NCBI RefSeq assembly: GCF_009914755.1
Contig: NC_060937.1
Source: the human T2T-CHM13v2.0 reference genome, Homo sapiens
Reading direction: 5' to 3' (one strand)
DNA length: 64,000 bases
The notes under the pieces were generated by a model that saw only the letters and a list, made by a program, of their open reading frames with translations, made no database searches and was not told where the DNA came from. Position numbers and translations under genes: made by a program. Positions 28,920 to 41,737 of this stretch are shown here, in pieces. Within the stretch, counting starts at the first letter, position 1, and each line of letters starts with the position of its first letter.

Positions 28920-28995
28920 TTAAGAAGCTCACAAAGAATAAGCAATGATTAAGGACCTTGAGAATTTGACTTACAAGGAGAGGTTATAAAATATG
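28920..28995 (+). mobile_element. CR1/L3-type LINE ORF2 relic
   Basis: 28945-28989 translates MIKDLENLTYKERL*, similar to the CR1 ORF2 C-terminal motif MIKGLE..SYEERLKEL. Confidence 0.55.
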
Positions 28996-29090
28996 CACAT
29001 CCCAGGGACATTTCTGCATATAAGCACAACACTTTAATGAATAAACACAAAAACCAAAGAGAAGAGTTGATTATCACATTGTGTATTATA

Positions 29091-31423
29091 CAGGTAAACT
29101 AGAGATATTGCAGATGCAGGTCTAGACAACCACAGTAAAGCAAACATTACAATAATGTCACACAACATCATTGGTTTCTCAGTGCATTTAAAATTTGTGT
29201 GTAATAGCATTATGGATTAAAAAAAGTACATACATTAATAAATACTTTATTGCTAAAAATGCTAATGATCATCTGAGCACTGAGAGAGTTTTACTGTTTT
29301 TTTTCTGATGGAGGGTATTGTCTCAGTGTTGAGGGCTGCTGACTGATCAGGACAGTGGCTGCTGAAAGTTGGGGGGCTGTGACAATTGCTTAATGAAAGA
29401 AAACAATGAAGTTTCCTGTGTCAATTAATTTTCACAAATCTTTCACAAAAAGATTTATCTGTAGCATGCAATGTTATTCAGTAGCATTTTACTCACAGAA
29501 CTTCTTCAAACCCTGCCACCACTTTACAAAATAAGTTCATGTAATATTCCAAATCCTCCATTGTCATCTCAACAGTGTTCACAGCATCTTCTCCAGGACT
29601 ACATTCCACCTCAAGAAACCACTCTTTGTCATCTTCAAGAAGAAACGCCTCATCCTTTCAAGTGTTTTCATGAGATTGCAGCAATTCAGTTACATACTCA
29701 GCCTCCACTTCTAACTCTAGTTCTCTTGCTAGTTCTTCCACTTTTGCAGTTACTTCCTTTGCTGAAGTCTTGAAGAAAGACTTCAAATCCATCAGGGTTG
29801 GAATCAACTTTCTCCAACCTGCTGTTAATGTTGATATTTGACCTCTTCCATGAATTATAAATGTTTGTCATGGCATCCAGAAGAGTGAACTCTTTCCAGA
29901 AGGTTTTCAATTTACTTTGCCCAGATCCATCAGAGGAATCACTATCAATGGCAGTTATAGCCTTATCAAATGTATTTCTTAAATACAATAGACTTGAAAG
30001 TGAAAATTACTCCTTGATCCATGAGCTATAGATTTGATGTTCTGTTAGCAAGCATGAAAACAACATTAATCTTTTTACACATCTCCACCAGAGCTCCTGG
30101 GTAACTAGGTACGTTGTCAATAAGCTGTAATATTTTGATAGGAATCTTTTTTTTTCTAAATAGTAGGTCTCAACAGTGGGCTTAAAATATTCAGTTAACC
30201 GTGCTCTAAACAGAAGTGCTGACATCTGAGCTTTGTTTTTTAGTTTCTAGAACACAGACAGTGTAAAGTTAGCATCATTCTTAAGGGCCCTAGGATTTTC
30301 AGAATGGTAAGTGAGCATTGGCTTCAACTTTAAGTCACCAGTTTCATTAGCCCCTAATGAGGGAGTCATCCTGTCTATTGAATCTTTGAAGCCAGGCATT
30401 GATTTTTCCTCTCCAGCTGTGAATGTCCTCGATGGCATCTCTTTCTACAAGAAGGCTGTTTCATCTACATTGAAAATCTGTTATTTAGTGTCCCCATCTT
30501 CATCAATTATCATAGCTAGGTCTCCTAGATAACTTGCGGCAGCTCCTCCATGACCACTTGCTGCCCCAGCTTGAAGTTTTCTGATAGTGGAGACAGCTTC
30601 TTTCCCTCAACCTATGAACCTCTGCTAGCCTTCAGAGTTTTCTTGTGTAACCTCCTCACCTCTCTCAGCCTTCATAGAATTGAAGAGAGTTAAGGCCTTT
30701 CTGTTGATTAGGCTTTGGCTGAAGGAAATGCTGTGGCTGGTTTGATCTTCTATCCAGACCCCTAAAACTTTCTTCAGAACAGCAATAAGGCTGTTTCACT
30801 TTCTTGTCATTCGTGTCTTTATTGGAGTAGCACTTTTCATTTTTTTCAAGAACTTTTCCTTCACATTCAGTTGACTAGCTGTCACAAGAGACCTAGTTTG
30901 GCTTATCTCAGCTTTTGAAATGCTTACATCACTAAACTTAATTATTTCTAGTTTTTTATTTAAAATAAGAAACTTCTACTTGAATACTTAGAGGCCATTG
31001 TAGGGTTATTAATTGGCCTAATTTTAATAATGTCACTTTATCGGGGACTAGGGAGACCTGAGAAGAGGGACAGGGACAAGGGAATGGTCAGTGAGTAGAG
31101 CAGTCAAAACACACACATTTATTGATGAAGTTCATCATTTTATATGTACGAGGCTAGTAGCACCCCAGAGCAATTACAATTGTTAATATCAGAGGTTACT
31201 GATCACAGATCTTCATACCAGATATAATAATTATAAAAGTTTGGAATATTGTAAGAATTAACAAAATTTGACACAGAGATGAGACATGAATCCATGCTGT
31301 TGTAAAAATGGCACTGACAAAAGGCTTTCTTGACAAAAGCTTGCCACAAACCTTAACTATGTAAAAAAATTCAATATCTGCATAGTGCAATAAAGCAAAG
31401 CACAATAAAACAAGGTATTCTTG
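29091..31423 (-). mobile_element. Near full-length Tigger1 (pogo-like DNA transposon) with disrupted transposase
   Basis: Ends TA-caggtaaactagagatattgc and caataaaacaaggtattcttg; minus-strand ORF pieces [33 protein letters not shown] and [31 protein letters not shown]. Confidence 0.93.
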
Positions 31424-32123
31424 AAAATTCTAATGGTCAAAATACATTCTGGAAACATGAGTTAATTAAATCAAAAGATTTTAGTCCACCCCCCGCCCCC
31501 GTTAACAAATGAGAAAGTAACAAAGATATCTAAACTTATGACAAGTTAAAAATGGTAAATGCTATAGCACTTTTAGAACTATCTACTTAATATTTGAAGT
31601 TTGGGGGAGGAGTGGTACTTTGAAGACTTATCCCTAGGTCTGTGATTTTATAGAACAGATGAAAAGAAACTCTCTATTTTTAGCAGCCAACTGTTTAATA
31701 TCAAACAGATGTTGTTATAACCGTGATTACAGGATTTCATTTAATTCAGAGCAAAAGTATTTGGGACTTACCTTGGCATGAGAGCTGGCTTTGTAATGAT
31801 GATAGAGCACAATTTAAACATTACAATTAAACTATCCATGAATTGTCAACCAAACCAAATGCATAAGTAGCCAATAATTTAGGGAATTTTTGTTTTTGAC
31901 ATAGTTTTTAAAAAGGCATTATCCCTTGCCTCTTTGAGCTCGAGCCCAATATTGCCCATATTTATTGTTTTCATATTACAAATTATCCCTCGTGCCCTTC
32001 TGATTAACTTAAAATCAGTTCATTTTCTTTTCCCCTTTCATGGGCACATATATGGAAGGGAAGTAGCTAGATTATTTTCTGATGTGGGCATATATTTGTA
32101 CTTACATATTAACCAGCTATGGA

Positions 32124-32193
32124 AAATAAGCCCCCAAATAAGGAAGAATTTATTCTGCAAATAAGCCCCAAAATAAGGAAGAATTAGTTCTGT
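32124..32193. repeat. 35-bp tandem duplication (2 copies)
   Basis: aaataagcccccaaataaggaagaatttattctgc / aaataagccccaaaataaggaagaattagttctgt, 31/35 identical. Confidence 0.9.
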
Positions 32194-32524
32194 ACGATTT
32201 CTTTTTGAGCCACAATGCAAAATAAAAGCTAGCAAAGAAGCATCACGTTGTCATGAACTAAAATTGAGAGTTAAATGATTAAAGCAGGAATATCTTTAAT
32301 TTTCTCTCAATAACCTTCATTTTTCACCTTTTTAAAAATATTACATATACTTATATTTTAATATTATTAATTTTCTTAACTGCATTATTTAAAAAAGAAT
32401 TAACCCATAGTATAGCATAAAACCATGTGTTCTCAGAATCCTATTGTTTTTACTCATGGAAGTCAATGCTGGATGAAAGAAATTTATCCATCTGAAGAAA
32501 ATACTCAATTTTACCTTGAAAAGT

Positions 32525-32995
32525 TGTTACAGAACCAAAGTGAGTCTGTTGGCACATGCACAATGTAAAAGCAAACATGGAAGCACTGGGTTTTTGCAAT
32601 GAGCCGACTTGCAGAGAAACAGCAGGAAATGCTCAAATCTGTCTCTACCAGCTGTAGGCTGAGTCTATTCTTATAAGCATATGGCAATGAGGCATGATCT
32701 GGTTGGATCTTGTAATGACGTGATGCTGGATGGCATGATCTGACTGGATCCTCGCCATGTGGGTGACACCAGGGCAGTCTGCTTGGATCTTGTGTCCTAC
32801 CATGTCATGTCCATATTCTTAATTCAGTCCCTGTTCCTTGGCCTGAGCACTTAGATTACACCTGTATTTGCATACGTGGTTCCTCTAGGCATGTTCAGGT
32901 TATGTGACCTTCAACTTGGGGATTCATGGCAACAGAAAAACAACTCACAACTTTGGTACATAAAATATGAATCAGATTGGTCTGGAGCAGTTACA
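32525..32995 (-). mobile_element. ERV1-class (MER4-group-like) solo LTR
   Basis: TG...CA ends (tgttaca...gttaca) with perfect 4-bp TSD AAGT on both sides; family and strand inferred. Confidence 0.75.
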
Positions 32996-33111
32996 AAGTT
33001 ACTAGTTTTCCTTTTCTATATCTGCTTTTGAAGTGTATTCTATATCATGTTGTCCATACATATGTCATATACAAATACAAATGTAGTTAATCTATAGGTT
33101 TGGTCTCGATA

Positions 33112-33381
33112 AGTGCTGCCAAAGTGTAGTTTGCAAACCAATGCTCTTCTGCAAACTCTTCCTGGTCCATAAGAAAATAAGAATAGAAATTGAGAGAAAA
33201 TGTTTAGAAACTTTTATAGCAGCATGACAGAGTAATTTTGTTGTTGAACTTACAATTTAAAATGCCCTAGTATTTTGTCTTTTTTGTTATTGTAACTTAA
33301 ATGTGTTTTATAAGTGTAATATAGGTTTGTGAAAATTTGGTGAGAAAATTCGTCTTCAGCACAGAAAACTTGAGAAGCACT
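33112..33381. mobile_element. Charlie18a-like hAT MITE
   Basis: agtgctgccaaagtgtag...agaaattgagagaaaatgtttagaaacttttatagca...ttgagaagcact. Confidence 0.65.
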
Positions 33382-33689
33382 AGTTCTCAAATCTTGGGAA
33401 GACTAGATTCAAGGCAGCTAGAGGGAGAGGAGAGGGAAGCTGTGAGCATTTTGCAAGATAGATGAGCCAGGATGGAATTAAGTAGTGTTTCAGATAGTTA
33501 ATGGATATTGGGGATCAAAACATGAGAACCCCAGGACAGTCTCCTGACCCAACTCCATGTAATTGGCTCTCCCAATCCTCTGGCCAAGTCACTCTCACCG
33601 ACGTCTGTGGCACACTGAGTACTTGCCAATAATTAGTTACTCTTCTGAATGCCCCAGCATCCTTTCTGTTTTTTTTTTTTTTGTATACT

Positions 33690-34220
33690 TCCTAAGAGTA
33701 AGTTGTTTTTATTCCCAAGTGATTTTATTCTAGCTGTAATTTTCTTGTAATTATGTAATTTAATTAAATATTATATAAACCAATGAAACATGAATACATA
33801 CAGAAAGATAGCTGTTGTTTCCATGATAACCAAGCAGAATGTCTTGGGGAGGCTCAGTAAGTCTAATTACCAAAAAATGGAAAAAAATGTAGAATCTGGT
33901 GCTGTTAAGTAGCTGTAAAGTTTGCCAGTAGACAGTAAAAGGTATCTACAAGGATTTTGCACATGGATTCTTTCTCAATTGTCTTTAAGTTCCTATTTCA
34001 CCTTAAAAAATTAAAATTGGAAATTGTAGGAAATGTAAAGCTGGTGTGTCATACAAGAAATACTATTCAAAAATGCAATTATTAGACAACTACTTTAAAT
34101 ATTTTTGAAAATGCTTCTTCCTAAATAAAAAGATTAAGAAATGAATATTCACCTATTTAAAAAACTTACCATCTTCACCAATTTTTAACCAGTTATACCC
34201 AATCATATCAGATTAAAAGT
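33690..34220 (+). mobile_element. Old Tigger-type (Tigger13a-like) DNA transposon remnant
   Basis: atgaatacatacagaaagatagctgttgtttccatgataaccaagcagaatgtcttggggaggctc resembles a decayed Tigger transposase N-terminus; weak. Confidence 0.4.
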
Positions 34221-34559
34221 CTTCTATTATAATTGTATATAGGCATTTGTACAATTTGTATACTACCTGTCGCCAACATATTTCAGGAATAGTAATTATC
34301 TGCATGTAATCACTTTAATAAAACGTTTGTTTTTGAAATTCGTTGCAACACAGAATTAGATAGAAATCTTGACAGATTCTCCTTTGCTTCAGTTAATCAC
34401 TGCTATCAAAAGCCAATTTATTGAGAGAAAACGTAGCTGTAATTAAACTTCTGGAATGTTCTAGTCATCTGCAAGTGTCATGTAGGGAATAACTAGGCTT
34501 CTGGAGGAATAATTTGACTTGATTACTAAATTTAAAGAACCCAGGAGTTGGGGTCCAGT

Positions 34560-34780
34560 CATTCATTCATCCATTCAATAGTTTAATAATGGAGAATCTA
34601 ATATTTGCCAGTCACTATAATTAGGTTTTAGATATTTAAAGAAAAAAAACCATGCAGCTCTTGCTCTTGAGGAGCTTACAGTCTAGTGGCAGAGACAAAT
34701 GTGGTAACAGACTAGTGAGAATACAATTTGGTAAGATATGAACAATGGTCCTTCAGAACATGCCTTGAGAGTAGACAAGA
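34560..34780 (-). mobile_element. L2 3' end
   Basis: attcattcatccattcaa...cttgctcttgaggagcttacagtctagtgg. Confidence 0.75.
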
Positions 34781-35025
34781 TGAGAGGGAATTGCACTCAT
34801 TGTATGTGGGCCTTCTCTAGTGAACTGGGCGACGTAGGTGTTGAGTGGTGAGGATGTGACCAGGAGCTATAGAAACAATGTTTCTTCTGCTTTTGTTCTC
34901 TATTTCCTCCTAACATTATCTGCTTGGGGATAGGCTTGAAAGTAATTTTCTTCTTTATACTTACCTATAATTTCAAATTTAAAAAAATCTATCATTTCCA
35001 TAGTTAGAGTTAGCTAATAATGTTT

Positions 35026-35238
35026 GTGAGTGCTAAATAATTAGAACACATGGACACACAGAGGGGAACAACCCACACTGGGGCTCTTTGGAGGGTGGAG
35101 GGTGAGAGGAGGGAGAAGATCAGGAAAAATAACTAATGGGTACTAGGCTTAATACCTGGGTGATGAAATAATCTGTACAACAAACCCCCATGCCACAGAC
35201 TACATTTGTACTTCTGAAGTTAAAATAAAAATTTTAAA
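35026..35238 (+). mobile_element. Short old L1PA 3' UTR fragment (L1PA13-16-like)
   Basis: gaacacatggacacacagaggggaacaac...aggaaaaataactaatgggtactaggcttaatacctgggtgatgaaataatctgtacaacaaaccccca. Confidence 0.85.
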
Positions 35239-38200
35239 CATGTTTTTTTTAATACAGCTTTGAGTGTTATGGACTTAGTAGCATATTCCATTTGGTGAAG
35301 ATAGTGTTTCAAGAAAAATTGGATGGTAGGCACATGAATACTTCTAGTAATGATAAATCTAAAACAATGTTTCTACCTCTTAAGAAATGAAGTAGGCTCT
35401 CCTGTCCCCATCAAGGCAATTTCTGGACTGTACATCCAGGTGTTCCTAGACCAGGATAAGATTGCTATGCATAACAAGGGTTTGCCTGAAGCTGAAATAC
35501 CTAACACTAATGAAAGAAAGATAGCTAGCATCTTATAGTGGAGACCTTTCTTTTATTTCTTATTTCTTGTGATATTTTTAGATTCGTCATTCTGCGATAT
35601 GTAAGAGTAACACATTTAAGGATTATATTTTACTAAATGATATTTTTTTCTTCTAGATGATCTGGTATAAAGATGTCCATATCACAGTTGAGTTATTCCA
35701 CATGTTCTGGCAATCACACTTTTGCCACCTTCGACATAATTCTGATAAAACAATTAGAAGTTTATAGCCAGTAACGAAATCAACAAAGGGAAATAATATA
35801 TGGCATACAAAGGAGGAATCAATACATGATATGGCTAATGTCCAATTCCTATTAATTTTGATGTTAGCTCACATATCTCAATATCATACAGAAATATTAC
35901 TAATACATCATGTTGAAGAATAAACATCAAACAATAATGATATCACTCATTTAGCGGAAAACATTATAAATATTTTGAATATAATCTTATTTCATGACAA
36001 GTCTAATTATTTACAAGATTTCCCTTAATTAAGTAACATATATGTGGGCACTTGTATGTGTACATAAAATATTGTATTTTAAACACATAGTACTCAACAG
36101 GAAAAAGCGTGTCATATATTTTGTTTTATTTTAGCTTTCTTTTAAATTTTCAATGTACTGGCATATCTTTTTTTATCCCTGGGATGTTTTAGGGCCTGTT
36201 TCTGGCAATTATCTGCTGGCAGAGAATCACATTTGCCTTACCCCAGCAACTTAGCAAAGATAGCAAATACTACAAATGTCTTAAATGGCATTGTGCTCAG
36301 TTTATTAAATTTTCTTGTGTTTAGAGATATCTTTCAGCAATGACTTTGGACTTTTTATCAGTCTTTGAGGTTTTGCTGTTATCCTCTGATATTCACTTAC
36401 TGAAGATTGTGTTGTTTTTAAGTGACATTAAATTATTCCTCTTTATGAGTGTCCAATTCACAGTGTGCATGTGAATTTCTTTTCTCAAGTTCTATTTGTC
36501 ATAAGGATTTTTGGCAGACATTCATTGGCACACAGTTTTACTACTGTCTTTTTAACAATGACAGATATTTAACATGAGTTCAAAGCATATTTATGGTAAG
36601 CCAGGCCACTAAGATTGACACTTCAGTAAAAGATGCTACTGCCCTCATGGACTCCAATCCAACTAGGGAAACCAACTTAGAAACTAGTGACAGAAACTCA
36701 CTCCTCCCAGGTGTGATGCTGAGCTCATTAGTAACATTTGTGCTTGCTAGGTTTCAGAACACATCTTCAAAGTTAAGCAAATTGCCCAAGCCACACAGGG
36801 AGAAAAGGGCAGAGTTTGAGTTCACAACTTTCTGACTCCAAGGTATGTTATTATATACGATGTATTGAAGGATATCATGCCCATTATTTCTCAATGTAGA
36901 CCCAGTTAAGATGCACAAATTAAGTGAGAATATTATTTTGCAACCAAGAAAATAATTTCCATTGCCATTTTTAGCATGTTACTTATTATATTACTAAAGC
37001 AAGTGCTTCATAAAACAAGAAAGAAAGTAGGTTATAAGGTGGATATCAATCTAGCCTGCCTTTCTTCCAACCTAAAGTTTCATGGATAGATGAAATTTAA
37101 TTAATCTTTAAAATACTGTTCACATCTTCACTTCTTAACCTTCCCAAGACTTAATAACCTTCTGTGTGTGGCTGTTCTGCCTTCCATCTAAGTTACAGAC
37201 ATTCCTTCCGTATAGAGATTGAGAACATCTGGTTAACACCCTCTTGGTAATAACCTTACATATTTTTTTTTGCTTTTAAAGTAGAATTAGGCAGCATTAT
37301 TCTTAGAAAATGACATTTTTATATTGAAGTTCCTTTAGCTCCATGACTTTTGAATATACACTTCTGCTATGGCTATTAGACATTTCTCTCTTGAGAGGTT
37401 TCCATAATTCTGAAAACATCCTTTCTTCCTACTGAAATTCTGTTGTCAATTACTTTGTTTGTGCAGCTGAGCATAATTTGTCTTAAAATGAAAGCAGGAA
37501 ATTCAGAAAGAGATTTGGATTCTTTGGTGTTTCATCATTATTGGAAAAAATACATTGTGTATCTCCAAACTGGGACTTTGGGTTTACTCAACAGTGTTAA
37601 AGATAAATAGTGTCACTAAGTGTCTTTTAGTGTCAGGCCTATTTTGGATGTGGTTCTCTTAGTTAATTGACAGAGAAAAGATTTGAGTAGTTTACACTTG
37701 GCTGGTTAAAAACCAGATTCCCATCAGGAAGTACTAGCATATTTTTCAAATTATTAACAGAAAATATTATAAATAACAGTTCAGGACTAGGAACAAACAT
37801 AATTAAAAGCACATTCAGAAAGGCTATATAAATAAGGTCCATCAATTACAAGGGTTTACATAGCTTACTTCCCCTTGCTTGTAAATTACCATTGGAATGA
37901 ATGGTTTCAATTTCATTTTCAGTGGAAATACTTACATTCATGGATAGAGTATTCTAGGAAACAAAAATAGGAAGATCCTTTTGGTTGAAGGGCTTCTTTT
38001 CTTGAATGCATATTTTGAATTACATGAACATAATTGAAGTAATTAAAAATTGGTCTGGTAAAGAAGAAATTATTGTAATACTCTTGAACAAAAGTAAATG
38101 CATCTCTAATATTGTTAGTGAACTCCACAGAGGATTACTATTAAAGATAGTATGCATATCTGTCATTTAAAAGGTAGCACCTCAGGTGGACTTTAAATGA

Positions 38201-39091
38201 CCCAAGGGTATCTTGGTACAGAGCACTAGGAGTTGGGAAATTTAGTTCATGTATTTTGCATGTTCATCCTGCCAAATCTGTCCAAGATATCACATCTTGT
38301 GTAGTGAATCAGGCAGATATGATCCTTGTGATGTACACAGAAACCAATAATGGTATGTGTAGGAGAGCAAAACACAATGGTGTTCCAAGAAACAGAGCCA
38401 GCTTCCTCATCTCGTCTATTAGGAATCGTTATCTGTCCACTGGCTCCTATAAGTTATCATTCTAAATATTTTATTATTTTGTTCTTAAAATTTGACTATT
38501 CCTCAGTTTTTTGCCTTGTGTAAATTAATTTGTCATTTAAAGTCCCCCCCCCCAAAAAAAATATGGTCTGTATGAAGAAACTTATAGAAATTATAGTGTA
38601 GAATTTTCTGAAGGGTTTGAACCATTATAATTTTAAGTAATAGCCTCTAATGTTGAAAATTAAACTAGCCTATTTTCCTAAATGTGTAAACATGCTTATT
38701 GTGCATAACTTAAGTACTCTTGAAGGTAGGCAAATTATAAATTGTAATTAAAACACCTTAAGATAAACAATATAATCATATACTCAATGTTAAAAATAAA
38801 TTACTTATTAGAAGACTGAAAGCATTTCTGTTCATAACTTGTTCATTCTTTTTCCACCTTTGCCCCAAATTATTAAAATCACCTGAATATGACCATATGT
38901 TTAAATTCATTACAGATTAATGAAGTGCAGCTAAAACAAGGCTGAGAAATTATAAGTGATAAGCTAGAGATAAGGAGTAAAGCCTTCCAAGTTCAGGTGA
39001 CAAAATGGTACATCTGAAAGAAGAGATGACATTAAAACTCTAACTAAATGTTTTCAAGGTCTTGTGTAGCTGTTTCTGAGTTTCTGGATGT

Positions 39092-39360
39092 GACTCACAG
39101 TTCCACATGGCTGAGGAGACCTCACAATCATGGTGGAAAATGAACATGGAAGCAGGCAAGAGAGAGCTTGTGCAGGGGAACTCCCGTTCATAAAACCATC
39201 AGATCTCGTGAGACCTATTCACTATCATGAGAACAGCACAGCAAGAACCCGCCCCCAAGATTGAATGACCTCCTACTGCCCTCCCTCACAGGACACGTGG
39301 GAATGATGGGAGCTACAGTTCAAGATGAGATTTGTTTGGGGGCACAGCCAAACCATAGCA
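39092..39360 (-). mobile_element. THE1 (B/C-like) LTR, truncated
   Basis: gactcacagttccacatggctg...aaaaccatcagatctcgtgagac...caagatgagatttg...cacagccaaaccata. Confidence 0.88.
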
Positions 39361-39529
39361 CATTCAGAAAGCCAGCATAATGTCATGGTATAGATAAAAT
39401 CAGACATAAATATGTCATCCCATCTAATGTCTTTTTTAAATTTTTTTTTTTGGTCTAAGAATCTCCAGTTGTTCTGTATTGGACATTCTTGGACTCTAAT
39501 ACACCTTTTATTCTAGCCACCAGATTAAG

Positions 39530-39960
39530 TCAAACCAAGAGTCAGCTTCCTTAGCTGCACTATTCTGCTCTAATTTTCTGCCCCAGGGCATTTCTGACAA
39601 GACCACTGGATACTGGCAGGACATCTTCCTTTATTCACCCAAGCATAGCCTGGAAAGGGATAGGAACTAACATTTAAAATGGCAACCCATGATTATGAGA
39701 ATTGGAGAAAAAATGCCCCCCTCTCTGTTTCTTGGTAAGACAATTCACAAGTACATTATACATGGTTCCTTAGAGGATCATGGTGAGATCAAGCCCGAGT
39801 TGCCCGCTGTGTAGACTAACTGGAGGACACACTTCACATTGATTTTCCCTCCCTACTGATGCATGCTACCTCCCTCACTCTTGCTACTTGGCATCACTTT
39901 TCAAAGGAAAATCCTTGCATGGCAGCCTGTGTTCCAGGCTCTGCTTTCAAGAGTCAAGGA
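39530..39960 (+). mobile_element. LTR16-family (ERVL) LTR, diverged
   Basis: gagatcaagcccgagttgcccgctgtg...ccctcactc...ccaggctctgctttc; boundaries approximate. Confidence 0.55.
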
Positions 39961-40574
39961 GCACAGGAAACCATGTCTCACAATATTTAAGGAGTAGTCC
40001 ACTCTATCATGTCTTTCATATAGCAGCATTTTATCAGATGCAAATCCTTATGATTTATATAATTTGCTCACCAAGTTGACACTAAAAAATATATGGAGTA
40101 ATGCGCAAAAATGCCAAGACACTATTGACAAAGAATGAGAGAGAAGATATGTCCTTTCAGATTAAAAACTATCATAATAGGGCAATCATATGAAATATAA
40201 AACATTGAACCCCAAATAGACCAAGTTAATGAAATGCAGGGAGGTAGCACGCATCAGTAGGGTGGGAAAATCAATATAAAGTATGTCCTCACCTGTCCCC
40301 TGTGTATCAATATTTTGTTTTGGCTTTGGGTACCTAGTTTATTAAGTGATAATAATCTGATCAAATGATGGTTTTGCCTATCAAGTCTGCCTGTCTTTTC
40401 CTGTGTGAACACCTTGAATAAAATAGAAGACTGTGCCCCTTATATGTATGATCAAATTTACCTATTAAAATAATTTTTGGGGAGTCCTAAATGGAGTGTA
40501 GTTTTTCTATCCAATATTTCTGATATATTTTGTCCTGTTTTTTTTCTCTTCTGTGTATGCCTACCCAATTTATA

Positions 40575-40654
40575 TTAGGTGGTGTAAAATTAATACCAGT
40601 TTTTGCCATTTTTTTAAGTATGACAATAACCACAATTACTTTTGCACCAATCAA
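40575..40654. mobile_element. MADE1 (Hsmar1 MITE), full-length diverged
   Basis: ttaggtggtgtaaaattaat...gtttttgccat / atgacaataaccacaattacttttgcaccaatcaa; TA flanks. Confidence 0.85.
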
Positions 40655-40659
40655 ATATT

Positions 40660-41330
40660 TTCCTGGGGAACAAAATCAATTCCATTTATATTTCCTGAAA
40701 TATTAGGACAAGACTGCTAATAATATATATTTCAGAAGATAATAGCGTATTTTAAAAATTGCTAATGTATTAAGCCGCATTTTAAAAAAATTTCTAAAAG
40801 TAGGCAACATACAGAATGTATTTTCAATCAAAATATAATAAAATTATATATTCACTTCAAAAGAATTGGCAATAAATATATATTTATGTATGTATTTATT
40901 AAAAACCTCTTAGCAATTTAAGAGATGTATCTGGATGGCTCTTTGATTAAACAGAAATTAAAAACATAAATTTTAACATTTTAGAAATGGAGGTGCAAAA
41001 ACACATTTTATCCAAAATATAGGATTCAATATTAAGATTAAAAATTTAGCAATAAATGCAATTACTGGTAAACATAAGGACTAAAAGTAAGTGAGCAAAG
41101 TAGTAAACTCTAGGAGCTACAGAAAAAATTAACCTAAAGAAGTAGAAAGGAGATAACATAAAAGCAGAACTCAATAAATAGAAAACAACAAAGTAAAGTT
41201 GTTAATAAAGCAAGATCTGGTTCTTTTAAAAAGCCAATAAAATAGACAAATTACTGCCAAGACTAATTAAGAATAAAGATGAGAAAAATAAATAACAATG
41301 TCAGAAACAAAAAAGGGAGAGAATAACACG
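40660..41330 (+). mobile_element. Ancient L1M ORF2 fragment
   Basis: aaagcagaactcaataaatagaaaac...ctggttcttttaaaaagccaataaaatagacaaa...gccaagactaattaaga. Confidence 0.65.
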
Positions 41331-41339
41331 TACAAATAT

Positions 41340-41447
41340 ATTTATTTTGGATTTATTTATCTATTTATAATTGGAGACAGCAGCTTGTGCTGTCACCCAG
41401 GCTGGAGTGCAATGGCATAATTATAGCTCACTGAAACCTTGAACTAC
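41340..41447 (-). mobile_element. Truncated old Alu (AluJ/FLAM) fragment
   Basis: ggagacag...ctgtcacccaggctggagtgcaatggcataattatagctcactg. Confidence 0.8.
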
Positions 41448-41672
41448 TTTCTTCTGTACAGTACATACTTTATGATTTTATGTCATTACTAGAAAATGAG
41501 AATCATTCTGGAATTGATTTAAAAATAACTTCTAGTTCTATATTTAGTGATGTTAATTGCCCATTTGTAAAAAAAATGAGCTGTTTAATACTACTTAATG
41601 TAAACTTCATGTAACTACAGCAGTTTATGATATTTTTATATCAGCAACACTTATTCTACATATTTGGTAACG

Positions 41673-41737
41673 AAGGTGGTATCTCAGGCTAGCAGCTCTA
41701 ACAGCACCTGGGAGAGCATTAAAAAGGCAGGATCTCA
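41673..41737 (+). mobile_element. MER5A1, left part
   Basis: ggtggtatctcaggctagcagctctaacagcacctgggagagcattaaaaaggcaggatctca. Confidence 0.7.

Noticed and set aside
29698-30438. Transposase-like ORFs similar to TIGD1
   Set aside because: Broken across frames inside a decayed Tigger1.
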